Origin: Octopus vulgaris
Lineage: Eukaryota
Length of the DNA stretch: 64,000 bases
Direction: 5' to 3'
Assembly: GCA_951406725.2 (NCBI GenBank)
Contig: OX597823.1
Span: forward strand, 43,400,001-43,464,000
A program made the position numbers and the translations under genes. Shown here one piece after another: positions 28,631-42,808 of the stretch (positions are counted from its first letter, which is position 1; each line of letters starts with the position of its first letter). The notes beneath the pieces are model-generated. The model searched no databases, was not told the DNA's origin, and worked only from the letters and a program-made list of their open reading frames with translations.

Positions 28631-29271
28631 CCTTTCATCACAGCCAGATATCTGTGATGTTATTTATAGTGTCCTAGCTTAATAAAATTATACACTTATG
28701 TATGGTATGTGGACTGATTTATCGCTGTAAAAACGAATTACAAGTAGTGACACATATCCATTCATCCATCTCCGTCCACTGTTCCTGGGAGCGTTCAGTA
28801 GGATTAGAGTCCGCTATTAGTTTCTTTCTATCCCAGTAACTTAGTGGTTCGGCAAAAGGCTGATGATAGAATGAGTACCAAATTTTAAATATAGTAATAA
28901 GAATTGAGGTCTGTTTGTTTGCTTGAACCTTTCAAGATGGTGCCATACATGGCCCATTCCAATAACTGAAATTATGCAACAAAACAAACAAGGTTCCTTG
29001 TTTTAGACGACAGTCTCAAACATAGGCACAGTTTACATTCATATCAATATTACCAGACAGACGGAACACTCTTTGTACACAATAGATACATTAACCAATC
29101 AATAAGGTAACAACACAAACAACATATGTTCTTTGAAATCAACACCAGACATAAAATTATACAATACATATATACTCTTAGATAACTGATATCTGACACA
29201 ACAATAGTCGCAACTCACACAACTTATGGGTTCTACACAATTGCCAGTTATTATTAATATAACCTAACAAG

Positions 29272-29535
29272 AAGGGGAAGAGCTGGCAGGTTCGTTAGCG
29301 CCGGACAAAATGTTATGAATCATTTCATCCGTCTTTACGTTCTGAGTTTAAATTCCGCGGATAAAATACGTGCCAGTTGAGAACTGGGGTCGAAGTGATC
29401 AACTTAAACCCGTCCCCAGAATTGCTGGCCTTGTGCCAAAATTTGAAACCAATATAATGCAACAAGGCAGAGTGAACTGGCAGAATCGTTAGTGCGCCGG
29501 ACAAAACATTTAGCATAATTTCTTCCAGCTCTTTA
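29272..29535 (+). mobile_element. tRNA-derived SINE family B: internally deleted copy plus a second 5' fragment
   Basis: gagctggcag..tcgttagcgccggacaaaatg...ctttacgttctgagtttaaattcc...ctggggtcga...ttgctggccttgtgccaaaatttgaaacc. Confidence 0.85.
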
Positions 29536-31379
29536 CCACAAAATAGCAGAACCTACATTGCTCATAGACTACACAACAAATAGACAAAACATTTCAAGAA
29601 ACAGAACGTCAAAAAAAAAAAAAAACACTTTTAACAAAGCAAAATTATTGTAATTCGCAAAGGCAATACACAGAAAACACAAACGCCATACAACAAAAAA
29701 ACCACATTGCTCATAGGCTACTTAGGAAACAGACAAAATATTTAAACACCAGAAACGAAAAAATATCAACCTAACAACGAAGTAATATTAATGAAATTAA
29801 CATACATACACAGACACACACACACACACACTAACACACCACAACATCCCTAGAAAAAACAAAACAATGTGACACACACCACCAGGAACACAGAGTTGCA
29901 CCTGGTACTGGGAAAGAAAAAATCGCATAAAATTGTTAGAAATATAATAGAATGATGGTAAATAATTGTTTTAATAATGATTAAGGTATTATTAGTACTA
30001 AAAACAATAGGCGGCAGCGGTGGTGGTTTTTGGTGGTCGCAGTTTTGTTAATGAAGATGTTGTTGTTGTTGTTCTTCTTCTTCTTCTTGCTGTTGTTTTT
30101 GTCGGTTGTGGTGGCGGCGGTGGCGGTGGCGGTGGTGGTGGAGGGGGATGTTGGTGTAATTACTAACGTTGTTAGTGTTATTAGTTCTTTTAATCTTGTT
30201 CTTGTATTAGCCTCATTTGTACGTTTTGGTGTTTCCTATTTTTATTTGTTGCTCTTCTTTTGTGCTGTATATGTTTCCCCGCACCCATTTTCTTTTCTGT
30301 AGATTTGTTTCCTTTTTCTATTATTTTTATTTTACATTCCTCCTTTTTTTTTTTTGGTTCTTTTTTTTTGTCAAAATTATTTTACGAAAAATTTTCTTCC
30401 CTATTGATTCCAGCAAAGATTAGTTCTAAATTCAATTCTGTTGTACATTCCAATCTGATTTTCATATTTTCCAATAATTCTTTTGGACCTATAACTAAAA
30501 ATACCACTATTATTATTTTTTTTGTTCATCTTCGTTTTTGTTGGTATTATTATCATTACTATCATTATTACTATTAGTGTTATAGTTGTTGTAATGCCCT
30601 CGTCAACCATCGCTCTTATGGCAACCAGAACATTATTATTATTATTATCATCATCATCATCATCATCATCATCGTCGTTATTATTATTATTATTTGTTGT
30701 AGTAATATTATTTGTATATATATATATGTATGTATGCGTATTTGTGTGTCTACTTATTATTTCTCCCTTTTTTTTCACTTTTCATTTGCAGTAATTTCAT
30801 AATGGCATTTAACTTTCTCCAATTTTATCTTAGAACTAACAAAAAGGAAATATCAAAGAAACGAAAATAAATTCGAGACTAATCTTCTAGCTATTCACTT
30901 GATTTCTCTCTTTTGGTTTTGGAATTGTTTATTTGATTATTTCTATTGATAACAGGAATATCATTGTTCTAGGGGTAAAAACAAAATTAAAATAAAGTAT
31001 TAAAATATCTAGCAAACACTAAAACCTTCATTAGGTTGATATTGGTGGGCGAAAAGTGATGTTTTATATGATATTATATCGGTTTAGAATAGAATCAACT
31101 GTTGTATACTACAGGATGCAAAATGTTATCAAATGACACCGCTTCACAAATTACAAGACAGATTAAGACTAAAGCCTGCATTACCTACGTACAAAAGCAT
31201 ACTCTAATATAGTGTAATTTAGAATAATCACCTGGTTCTGCTAATTCTGATTTAGAGGGCCACATTAACATATCATAGCGTAACATAATAATCTGTAGTT
31301 ACAGAATACAGCATTGACATATCTAATATTATTGTAAGACGCTATTACTTGTTATGAGAAAATGAGGACGCTCTTACAC

Positions 31380-31900
31380 AACTAGAATTATCTGACGAAA
31401 TCCCGTGAAATTACACGCTGTCAACATAAAAAAAGAGATTAAGTCTGGGATATATATATTATCTGAGGAAAGGACGAGATGGCAATGGCTTGGAAGCATT
31501 TGTTCATTGGTCTAGCAAAATCAGGACTAATCGGAGATTAAACAACTTCAGTAACATCAACTATATTGAACGAAAGTACATCACACTAGACCAAAAAGCA
31601 ATTGTGATCAGTTTGAAAAGTATTCTCTTATTATTAAATTCTAAATTCAACACGAAAACTTTGTCCTTCGGGAAGAACTTGTCGTCTGTTTTGAATATTT
31701 TCAACAAAGTAAAATCAGTGTTTAGGAATAAATGTCTGGTGACAGATCAATGGTGCAACTACTGCTACAGTCTCTCATTAAAATGGAGACCATTTCTAAA
31801 TTCTAATTGCTGGAATCTCTTTTCAGAAGACATTTTGTAAACTATACAGTCTTCAAATTACGTCTAAAGTGGTTGTTACACTATTCGATTTGAGAGATAC
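31380..31900 (+). pseudogene. Very old LINE (RTE-like) AP-endonuclease relic
   Basis: In-order weak matches across frames: GYIYY..G, LLLNSKFN (cf. LILLGDFN), NG/QLLLQ (cf. NSNGLLLL), TVFKL (cf. TNTVFRL). Confidence 0.35.
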
Positions 31901-33304
31901 ATACATTTCAAAAAGCTCTCCAAGCGTCTTATTTTGTTCAGGTAGTCTGTTTGCAGATAGATTTGTGCTCTGCTAATATTTGTGATAGAATAGTAAAAAC
32001 TACAAAAGGAGTCTTCTGTCCTTCACCCAATCGAGAACTCACAGCTGGGTCTTCGTTATAATCTGCGATGGAACGTTACTAGTTTTTATTCCAGACGAAG
32101 TACAAGATTCTATTCTAACGCTTTTCAGAATAGAACTGGAAACACTCACCATAACAACAACAATAATATTTATTGCATTAAAAATTAACTATTATTATAT
32201 TGATAATTATGACATTAATTATTAAATAAATAGTTGTAATAATAACATAGACAAATAAAAATGAATATAAGAACAAAAAGGAGAGGAAACAGTAAGGTGA
32301 GAGGATAAGAATTCTTCTTAAACGTTATTCTATCTGCATTGCGAAAACTGATTTTTAACAGTTGTTATCGACGTGTATGAAGAAAAAAAATGCATTAATA
32401 GAATCCATGATACATTTTTTTTAAAAATGAACATATATCCACAACATAATCTCGTGACATGTGAAGAAATTAAATATTTTCTGCACACATCTGAGAACAG
32501 GAAGTTGGTCTAAGGTATCATGTTAAAATAAACCTAAAAGGCGGGTAGTCGTATAAAAAGTTTACGTTTATTTCGTTTTTTTGCAAATTTTCTTTTCTTT
32601 TTGCAGGCTATTTATATTCAAGTATTTTTCTGTCATTTCAACAGCCTCTGATCTTGAAATTTCTTTGGAAAGATTCAAGCTAAATTAAACTACGTTAATG
32701 TCTAAGATTCTGCGCCATAAGTCTACAAGTTTAATTAGATATCTGGATATTAATAAAAAGGAAATAAATATAAAAATGAGCAAGCTCTACATAAATTTTT
32801 GCTTAAATATAGAAAAAAATATGGTTCATCCTTTCTAATAAATTTCAAAAAAATTCAAAATAAAAGAAATCATAAATCGTTCAGCAAGGTTCAAAATGTA
32901 GACGACAAGATACTTGTTTGACATCAGAAATGAGCAAAAAGTTTCGTTAAAAAATCATCAAATTTCCCACTTTGAATATCAATATATTTCTTTTCATATC
33001 TGGGGAGGGGAAGGGGGGTTAATTTAAATAAATACACCTTATGCTGAAAACCAGAAGCTATTTCTCAGCATAACAGGGAGTACGATTTATCTCAATAATT
33101 ACTGCTATAAAACGATCCCTTAACTCGGCTTTTGTGGGCAAAATAGGAGATCAGTAGGGTTGATATAGTTGTCTAACATAAGATGGCGAAAGACAACAAG
33201 GTAGGTGAATCGTTAGCGTGTCAAACAATTGTTGACGCACAAACTCTCAGTATTTTTCCAGCTCCTTGCATTCAGCTGTGGTCAGTTTTGCCTATCATCC
33301 TTTC

Positions 33305-33344
<40 letters not shown>

Positions 33345-33999
33345 TTTCCGTCTACCAAATCCACTCAATGCTTTGTTCGGCCGGACTTACACTACGAGAC
33401 AGTTACTGAATTCTTCAATCCCTCTATCCCCTACTTCTCTCCTCTCCTTCCACGTGACCGGTGTTCTGCCAAGCCCGGCCTTTCTTTCTTGGTTCGACTA
33501 CCATCCGTGTCGCATCTCTTATATTCCTTCCCATGACTTTCATCTTCTGCCTAAATTATGTTTGGCGCTTCACTTCTACACACACCACCTTAACTTAATT
33601 CGTCCTTAGTAGAAAGACACATGTTCTTAATGTCCTGCGGTTTGTATTTGGCCTAATTTAGCCAAATGCGTTTTGTTTTCAACATTTAATCTTGCTTGCA
33701 ATAGCCGGTTCTTTTGGTCAAACTATCGTATCTCCAGCTACTTCAGATGAAAATTATCAAAGTATAGTACAACGGTTTTAGCATTTTTCGAAAGTGTAGT
33801 AAGTCATACATTCAACACTTTTGCAAAAATATTTCTGACTGAAAACATCATACATGCATGGAGTTAGTATTTAGTGCATTAAAATATTATTGTTAAGCTG
33901 AAGCAGTTGCTAATTAAAAAAGAAATGGAATAGTGAAACTACTTTTTCGTTTTCTGAAAAAGCAACGTTTTGGACTTACGACACTTTTGCAAAATAGCA

Positions 34000-34072
<73 letters not shown>

Positions 34073-34585
34073 CTACAGCAGTACCAGCTCCAAGCAGTAT
34101 TTAGGCGTAAGCGAACTTTAGGTTAGTTGAATTGTGACATATTTCGACTTCTAAAGACAAATTCACTGCAGTTACCGTAAAGTAAATATTCCGTCAGTTC
34201 AGAACAAAAAGATAAAGTCAGAAAAATGTAATTTTTTCTAACCTGACGGCCTGATGGCGCATCTTAATCAATATTGTTGACTGAGTTTTAGTTAAAGCTG
34301 CGACTTTAAGTATGTCTGTCCAAAGTTTCCTCTCTACGTTATATCGCTTCGATAACGAGTAAAGAGCTAAAAACATGTCTGAGAATTCGACAGCAAGCAG
34401 CACTGGACACATATGGTGTTTTTACACCGTTTTACCTGAAGAGAGAATTTTGTATCCACGGTAACACAGAATTTTGGACCTCACTAAAATGTAAGACTAT
34501 TGAATTAACGAACATTTTTACTTCTTTTTTCATTTCCTTTCCGTACATCTCCTTACTTCCTCCTATTCTCCTCTGGCATATAATC

Positions 34586-34662
34586 GTTCTGATGATGCCT
34601 AGTTATTGCAACGAGGTAAATATGAATTTAACCCAGCTTGATATACTGAAACAGCTGTAAAC
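34586..34662 (+). ncRNA. Type I hammerhead ribozyme motif with palindromic stem III (Penelope/dimer type)
   Basis: gtt-CTGATGA(34589-95)-52 nt stem II-GAA ACAGCTGT A(34648-59)-aac. The core is intact, ACAGCTGT is self-complementary and the cleavage triplet is GUA. Confidence 0.65.
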
Positions 34663-34772
34663 ATACTCCCATGGTTATTAAACGACTTTAAAACATTAAT
34701 GATTGACTTCTTTTATTATTGCTCTATTTTTTATCGATTTATATACATACAAATATACATACATATATTTAC

Positions 34773-34867
<95 letters not shown>

Positions 34868-34871
<4 letters not shown>

Positions 34872-36096
34872 TTCATCCCATAAGTAATGCGGTTTTTTAT
34901 ACTTCTTTTAGTTTTAAAACTTAAAATAAATAAAGTTCATTTTTAATCTAAAATATAGTCTCCTTCATTTTCTACAATGCTCTTCCATCTATCTGGTAGA
35001 CTTGGAAGGCCTCTCTTCCAAAATTCACTTTCCGTGACGAAAGATATGCTTCTAGTACTGTTCTGGCCTCGTCTACAGAATGCATATGTTTTCGGTCCAA
35101 ATGAGTTTGAAGACTGCAGAATAAATGATAATCAGGTGAGGCTGTGTCCAGCGAATATGGTGCGTAGGGCATCGTTTCCCATTCAATCTGCTCCAGCCTT
35201 TAGAATGTCATCATCACTGTATTTGGCCGAGCATTATCCCGATAGAATACCTTTCGTCTTGAAACCAAAGATGGTTGTTTTTCTTCTAGCGCTGACTTAA
35301 GCTGCTCAAGCTGCTCGTAGTAGATCTCCTTTGTTATCATTTGGTTTCGTTTCAAAAGTTCAAAGTGGACTAAACGTTTCATATCCTACCAAACAGTTAG
35401 CACTCTACGTGGGTAAAGATCTTCTTTAATCAGGCGTGGCAGTGTTTCTCCTTCGGTGCTTCACATTTATATAGAAAACTAATTTCTCGTTACCAGTCCC
35501 AATTCGGTCTTAAAAAGTTCCGTCTCTCTCTGTGCACTATTAGACTCGGCAAGTTTGTAAGGAACGCATTGACCCAATTTGCTGACTTTTCCAATGGCAC
35601 GCAGGTGTCGATGAATGGTTGAATCACCAAATCCAAGCTTCTCTCCTAGTTCCTCAACAGTTACGATGTGATTTTGTTCCACTAGAGTTTGCAGGAGGTC
35701 CTTGTCGAGCTCTACAGATCCTCCAAGACAAGGCTCGTCTTCTAAGCTGTAGTTTCCGACTCGGGATTTCTGGAACCACCGTTGACACTGGCTTACGCTT
35801 ATTGTCCGATCCCCAAATAGTGCATTAATATTCTCCGCACTTTCCGTTGCATTGTTGCCTTTATTGAACTCATAAAGCAAAATATGCCGAATATGATCCT
35901 TTGTCCCTTCCATTATAGCTTTGAAAAAGTAAGTGATAAAATGAAACCGCACTCTTCAAAACTTGCACTGAGAATAAGGACAAAGTAAAATTACTCCTGA
36001 TTTTATAACAAGTTGATGCAGGTAGTTTATCCCGTCCCCCTCCGGCATTTATTTCATTCAATTGAAAAGACACGCATTCTTTATGCGATGACCCAG
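34868..36096 (-). mobile_element. Full-length degenerate mariner (DD34D) transposon
   Basis: TIRs ttagttcatcccataagtaatgcggtttttt / rc ctgggtcatcgcataaagaatgcgtgtcttt; TA flanks at 34866-67 and 36097-98; length 1229 bp. Confidence 0.92.
34943..35913 (-). pseudogene. Mariner transposase pseudogene
   Basis: MEGTKDHIRHILLYEFNKG...CQRWFQK...LEDEP...CVPYKL (cf. WVPHEL), VHFELL, DNARP, YSLDTASPDYHLF (cf. YSPDLAPSDY), ...ENEGDYILD*; split by frameshifts. Confidence 0.9.
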
Positions 36097-36099
36097 TAC

Positions 36100-36790
36100 A
36101 TTTTTCAACTTTGCCAAGGCCTTCCACAAAGTTGATCATAGGAGGATATGTCACAAAATATGTCACCTTGATAACTGGATAACTGGGAGAGTGGCTGCAT
36201 GACTTAGAATTCAGACAGTTGCAGATAGTTGTACTCTCTCTTGGGAGACAACTATTCACAGCGGCATTGTTCAAGGAACTGTACTGTGACTACTAATGTT
36301 CGTGATGTCTCTCTCAGACATGTCCTTAGCTATACAGTCAGCCACTCTCACAAGCTAATGTGGTCAATTACCCTGTTGACCACCTAAAACTGCAGAACAG
36401 CCTGATGAACATAAAATAAAGTTTAATGTTGCGAAGTTTCAAGCACGCCACTTTCAACATACAAACAGACAACAATCGGAATACACTGGACCAATGGGTA
36501 GTACCATCCCAGAGTTAGAGTCGGTGCCTGACCTGGGAATTCACAAGAGTAATGATGCAACATTCCATGCGCACATTACCAAGATGGCAAACATATGCAG
36601 GCGATTAGCTGGATGGATTCTGAGGACAAAAGGCTGCCATGCTATCACTATGGAGAACTTTCGTTCTCAGTTGTCTGGGTTACTGCCCCCTACTCTGATC
36701 ACTACAAACCATCAATCTGGTGACGGAACTCGAGACAGTCTAGCCCCACTACATAAGGGAAATTAAAGTGGAGCAACAGAAGTGCTACTG
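36100..36790 (+). pseudogene. CR1-clade LINE reverse transcriptase relic
   Basis: FNFAKAFHKVDH (cf. LDFAKAFDKVDH), FNVAKFQ, VPDLGIHKSNDATFHAHI...AGWILRT. Confidence 0.75.
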
Positions 36791-36845
36791 GAAGAGCAGT
36801 GCTTCAAACTAACGTAATAGAAATGAAAAATCACGTCTGCTCACG

Positions 36846-37135
36846 CAAAAGCAATTTTAAAATACGTTATGCCAACCACCAGTCTTCTTTCTGACACATC
36901 GACAAAGATAAAACCACTAAGTTGACATGCCGTATATGGGATCAGTAGACCACATAGAATCAAATGGAAAATCAGGAAGACATCTACACTCTACGTAAAT
37001 TGACCAAAGAGATGCAAATTATGCATAGTTGAAAAACCACACATTCCTTTTAGATCTAACACGTCCACCACACTACTTAATTCCAGATACGAAATATTTA
37101 GCACATGCAAGCGAAGGGACAAATTTACAAATTTT
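36846..37135 (+). mobile_element. Penelope-like GIY-YIG endonuclease C-terminal relic
   Basis: NFKIRYANHQSSF*H...TTKL..RIW / IKWKI..TSTLY..KRCKLCIVEK.HI / NSRYEIFSTCKRRDKF. Confidence 0.8.
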
Positions 37136-37885
37136 TTTTGTCGAACTGGAAGACACCACCCTCTCCGGATCGAGCAGCTCTCTCGGAGACATACTTTTCC
37201 TCCCTATTGAATTATTCTCCACCAACTAGATTAATTAGGATTTCTACGGACAAAAGGAATGTAAATCCTGGGTAACACTCTCTCACACAAACGCGCTACA
37301 TGTATATGTATGCATATCTTCATTTGTGTGTGTATATGTCCGGCTTCCTCACAGTTTGCGTCTAAACAAATTTTACTCAAAGCTATATAGCAGAATTGAA
37401 CATGGGACCACGTGGTTTACGAATTAAACTTCTGAATCATGCGGTTGTTTTTGACAAAACATCTCAGAAATTCTTGATATTAAATATCAAGAAAAATAAT
37501 CAATTTTGATGCAATTCAATCAATTATTGTATTCAAATTTATTGTCTTCGACATTTTTCTTTAATTGTATAGATTTCATTTAATTGTCTGACACATTTAA
37601 TATTAGTTTAGGTCGAAAGACTACCAAAACAGAGAAGACAATTTCATAATCTTAGAGAAAACATTCAACAAATTTGACTGAGAGAAAAAATAAAAGTAAC
37701 AGCGCACGTATTATCTGTTTGACATATCGCCATTCTAGGCAACTTAGTACAACTTTTGTATAAAGAGAACATCATACATTGGTGATATATATTTAGTGTA
37801 GCAATGCGATGCATTGAAGAGAAGAGAAATCACGCACTAACAAAGAAGCGCCTAAACACATCGTACAGCCATCAGCGTCTTGTTC

Positions 37886-38260
37886 GTTATCTTTTATCTT
37901 TTACTTGTTACAGCCATAGGGATTTGGTCATGCTGGAGCACTGCCTTTATAGTCGAAGAAATCAACCCCGGTACTAATGTTTCTATTCTAGTACTTATTG
38001 TATCATCCTCTATTGCTAGATCGCTTTTAGTCGAATGAAGTGCTTTTAGTCGAATGAATCGACCCCAGTACTTTTTTAAAGCCTGTTAGTTATTCTATCA
38101 GAAACTTCTGCTGAACCGTTAAGTTACGGGGACGTAAACAAGTGTACGTATGTATACGACGGGTTCCCTTCAGTTTCCGGTTGCCGTCTACATAATTCAT
38201 TCACAAGGCTTTGATAGACCCGAATCTATAGTAGAAGACACTTGTCCAAGGTGCCGCGCT
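37886..38260 (-). mobile_element. SINE family A, antisense, with a duplicated 3' segment
   Basis: catgctggagcactgccttt, gaaccgttaagttacggggacgtaaaca, atagtagaagacacttgtccaaggtgcc. Confidence 0.8.
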
Positions 38261-38985
38261 GTGTACACTGTGTACAAGGGTTAAGTAAGAGTCTGAATAC
38301 AAGCATGAGCATTTAGGGCAGACATATAGAAACTCCTTGGGCAGAGAAAGGGTTAATTGTTGCTGAAACTATGGCATTTATCAAGAAATAGAAGATTCTT
38401 TCTTTGTTAGAAGGTGTTAAGTGTTTCTTTCGTTTAGCAGTAACCATCAAACATTACACTGACATTGCACAATTTGATTATACAAAACAAGAAATAATAG
38501 CAAACCTTAATGAAAAACAAGATCGCACGCCATTTTAATAATTGAAAATTAAATGGAAGAAATAACAATACATCTTTTGAAATTTATAAAATGAAGTCAC
38601 GTGACTGTAGTAATTAAATTACCATAAGAATCTACGATTTCTATGCGTTAAATCTTTGGAACAAAAAAACGGGAATTAACCAAAATTTCCAGGTTTTTGT
38701 TGTTGCTTTTTTTTTCTTTCTCCTGGCTGAAATTTCCTTGATAATTGGTTAGCTACTCTTCATCGCGATAATAATTGCGAACATATCGGAAGAAGATATA
38801 TATCTACATATATAGATCAATACATAGATAAAGTGGTAGAAACATAGAGAGGTATAGATATGCATATATACATACATACATGCATGCATACATACATACA
38901 TACATACCTACATACATACATACACATACATACATACACATACATACATACATACACATACATACATACAAACACATACATACAC

Positions 38986-39036
<51 letters not shown>

Positions 39037-39044
39037 AGTAAGAT

Positions 39045-39250
39045 GGCCTATTGATCATAGTTGATTCCCAATAAGCATGGCTTGGAGTGATGTGATTCTA
39101 ACTCCAGCAAGAACTTCAGTGTCATGAAGGAGTGAAAACCAGCTTATACTGAGTATGTAGAGGAGGTCTTTCCGGTGACATCTTTCGAACATTTTTATAT
39201 GATATACATACATTGTCAAAGAATGATGCTCAACAGAACGAACCAATGCC
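39045..39250 (+). pseudogene. Possible Gypsy integrase relic
   Basis: LLIIVDSQ*AWLGV (cf. LIVVDAHSKWLEV) and SGDIFRTFL; short and weak. Confidence 0.2.
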
Positions 39251-41732
39251 ACATATACTCAGACACACAGAAACAGAATAAAGACCCAGTGATTTCGATA
39301 ATTTTCTTTTTAAAGAGTAATAACTTGAGAACGTATAAAAACCATTAGGACCGCACTAGTTCACCCAATGAGGAGGATCACTGCATAGAATTTCATAAGC
39401 ACAATTTTACTAGAAGAAGAGATGCTTATCAAGGGAAAGAATGTTTAGAAATGCATGTGAGTTGTGCTGTATATATCTTACACCATTCTCTTTGTTTAGT
39501 TGTGCTCGCAAACCTCTATATATATACACACACATTACCTAGTTTCTTTATCTGCTCTTTTCTACTTCCATACGTACTCTAGATAGATCGCTCTTATAGC
39601 CGACTTCCTATACTGGAGTATAACCTACTCACCCTTTTAACAAATGCCAGTTCTTTCAATCATGAACCTAATTTTGGAATGCAGTGGGCGTCAGTACTTA
39701 ACCCCCAATGATTACTCCCCTCTCAAGGGAGACAGTACACGCCATCTCAGCTATGGCTGTACTGGCAACTAATTTTACTTATCTGAACCTTTTATACCAT
39801 GAGTGAGCTTGCTTTCACTAGCTTCAATCTGGACTTAATTTTCTACCAGCATACTTATAGTGAACGCAATTAGACCAACCCATTTAGTAACAACCCCGTT
39901 CCCAGTAGAACATTACTTAATTTTAACAACTTGATGTTAACTGTACCTCTCTCTAGTTTGTATAGGTCTGTATTTGGCACTGCAGTAGACGCTTTTCCAA
40001 GAGCTGTTATTACCCTAAGGCATATTGTGCGTGAATGGAAGTGAAATTTTGTGGTAAACCCCATATGGCTGTACCCACGCAAGGGTTAATATAAGGACAA
40101 GTTTAGTAATATGAAGAATCTAAAATTAAATATAATAATATAAATTAAGTAATATTTAGTAAACTGTAGTAGAACCCTGAATTTGTAACCATGTTAGTAA
40201 TTAGCAAGTGATTTAACTTGTAATGGTTTAACTGTTTGGGGGTTTTGTACTTTTGTCTTCTTGTATGTCAAATAGGCTGAATGCACTCAGAAAAGTGTAG
40301 ACATTTACATAGTAGTCTAGTATAGCCACCACTTGGAAATATGCTGGCTATTTAAGATGTTAGATTTAGCATCATATTTCGAAGGTAAATCCACTACGAA
40401 CCACCTCTCTAACAGTAGTCTCCCCTTAACTGTCAGAACGTTATAGTCGTATGGTTGCTAGTATTTACTTATTTATTTTTTGATTTTTTAATTTTATTTT
40501 ATGCTGAGATGGTGTAGAAGGGTATAAGCGGCCTCGTGCTACTTATGACATAGTCTTCTCCCCACACCTTTTATTTACTGATTTATTTACTTCTTTATTT
40601 ACGTTTACCCCTGTAACGTTTGCCCTTTTGAATATAACTGACCAATTGTAAAGATGGCTGGACTTTGGTCAGCTCCATTACGGACAACAGGTGGTTGGCT
40701 TCTAGAATATTTCGGTAAGTGCACTATTATAAAAACCTTACGAGTATGTTTTGATTAGATATTAATTAGCTCTATTTAAGAAATCACAAGTACTATCATT
40801 TTTCTAGACTTATTGGCGATTCCTGTTTCCTTTTAGCCCTTATTTTTTCTAGTGCTATTTAACTATTACTTATACACCCTTGTCCTCCTATAAAAAGAGA
40901 CAACCCATCAATTATTTTTCTAAATTATTTCCTTGTTTACTCTTTTGCCCATCGATCTCAAGCTTCACTCTGCAAAATGGTATGATTCTAATTTATTGAG
41001 CCTTATTGCCTTCTTGCGTGGGAGTATGTGGTGCGGGTGTGTATGAATATTAGTGAATGCTAGACATACTGAATTTGCATTTCCTGACACAACAAATAGG
41101 TACAGATCTTAAACTTCAGTATAACCATGAACACTACGATTTCATATTATCTTTCACCTGAAATAAATTCTCTCTATATGTATTCCTTCTTCCTATGTAA
41201 GAAAGTATTAACAAAGAAAATATAATTTCTGTGTTAGAAGAGCAAATAAACAGAATAACTGCAATTTGCAACACAGGAAATTAATACGCGCTAGATAAAA
41301 TCTAATTAATTCACATAGGGCGACAAAAAATACATGTCGTATGAATGCACTGACTTTTGTTGTCTAGAGAAAAGATATAATTACAACTATGGTGATAGAA
41401 TGAAACAGCAAATGTTCCTTGCGACTCTTTGGAGAGCCTGCGACTGCTTTTGCTGCTTTGTTCGTTTATTTTCTTAATTCTATTAATAAATTACCATTCA
41501 AAGAATACGAAATCAGCGAAACCTTCCGGAGTAATTGTTGAAAATATTATTATCATCATTATTATCATTAACTTTATTATTATCATCATTATTGCTACAT
41601 CTCTCTTCTTTCTCTCTCTCTTTCTTTCTCTCTCTCTTTCTTTCTCTCTCTCTTTCTTTCTCTCTCTAACTTTCTACTTCTCTCTTTCTCACTCTAGTTC
41701 TCTGTCATTCTTTCTGGCTTTACATGTACACG

Positions 41733-41734
<2 letters not shown>

Positions 41735-41828
<94 letters not shown>

Positions 41829-41975
41829 CATACACATATATATATATATACTTATACACACACATATATATAAATATATGTATATATACATATCCATATA
41901 TATATATAAATATTGTGTATATGTATGTGTGTGTATGTATGTATATACACACACGCAGACTCGTGTATGAGTGTG

Positions 41976-42012
<37 letters not shown>
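41735..42012. repeat. (TA)n-rich microsatellite preceded by a (CT)n tract
   Basis: Direct reading. Confidence 0.95.
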
Positions 42013-42017
<5 letters not shown>

Positions 42018-42435
42018 ATAAATTCTTCCATATTTTTCTTGCCACGCTTCTCTTTTGCGCGCTTTGATAACACGATACTTGTACATGACGGAACATATTC
42101 CAGGAATATCACATCAAGAATTTCTGAATCAAACTGTGGGATGTAAATCAAACCGGATACTGCCAAATATTACATTTCGTACAGTATTAATTATATGTAT
42201 ATACACTCATCACAATATCTAATAGGCTTCTTGCGCTGCAGCACTGCATGTGAGGCACATAACACTGTATATACATATAAATGTGTGTATGTGTACATGT
42301 ATGTAAAGCCTAATGAATATATATATATAAGTGTATTTCTGCATGTACGTAAGTGCCTATGAACGCGAATATATAGAGTGAAAGATAAATAGAGATAGAG
42401 ATATAGAGATGCAGATACAGTATACACACACACAA

Positions 42436-42478
<43 letters not shown>

Positions 42479-42517
42479 AAGAGATAGATAGATATTTTGA
42501 TACCTAGCTAGCTAGCT

Positions 42518-42582
<65 letters not shown>

Positions 42583-42808
42583 TGCCTCTATTTTTATTAT
42601 CTAGTTAGTTGTTATTTAGTCGTTGTTAAAGCAAAATGCGCGTCGCAAAAAAATTTCCTAATAAAATTATCAAGTGTATGCATATACGCATGTGGTTGCT
42701 TTTGTGTATGTGTGTGTGCGTGTGTATGTCTGTTTAATTATACTTTACACTTATTTTCACATATATGTACAATACATAAGAAAAAATATCTTGAAAAAAT
42801 GTTCAAAT

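Noticed and set aside
30760-32640. Strong acceptor-like sites (ending 30791 and 32606)
   Set aside because: Downstream frames close quickly and no convincing donor or homology follows.
40080-40460. Possible mitochondrial insertion (AT-rich unique stretch)
   Set aside because: I could not recognise any mitochondrial gene or rRNA motif.
41429-42067. 212-aa ORF with an apparent signal peptide
   Set aside because: TTG start; the hydrophobicity comes from AT-rich and microsatellite sequence.
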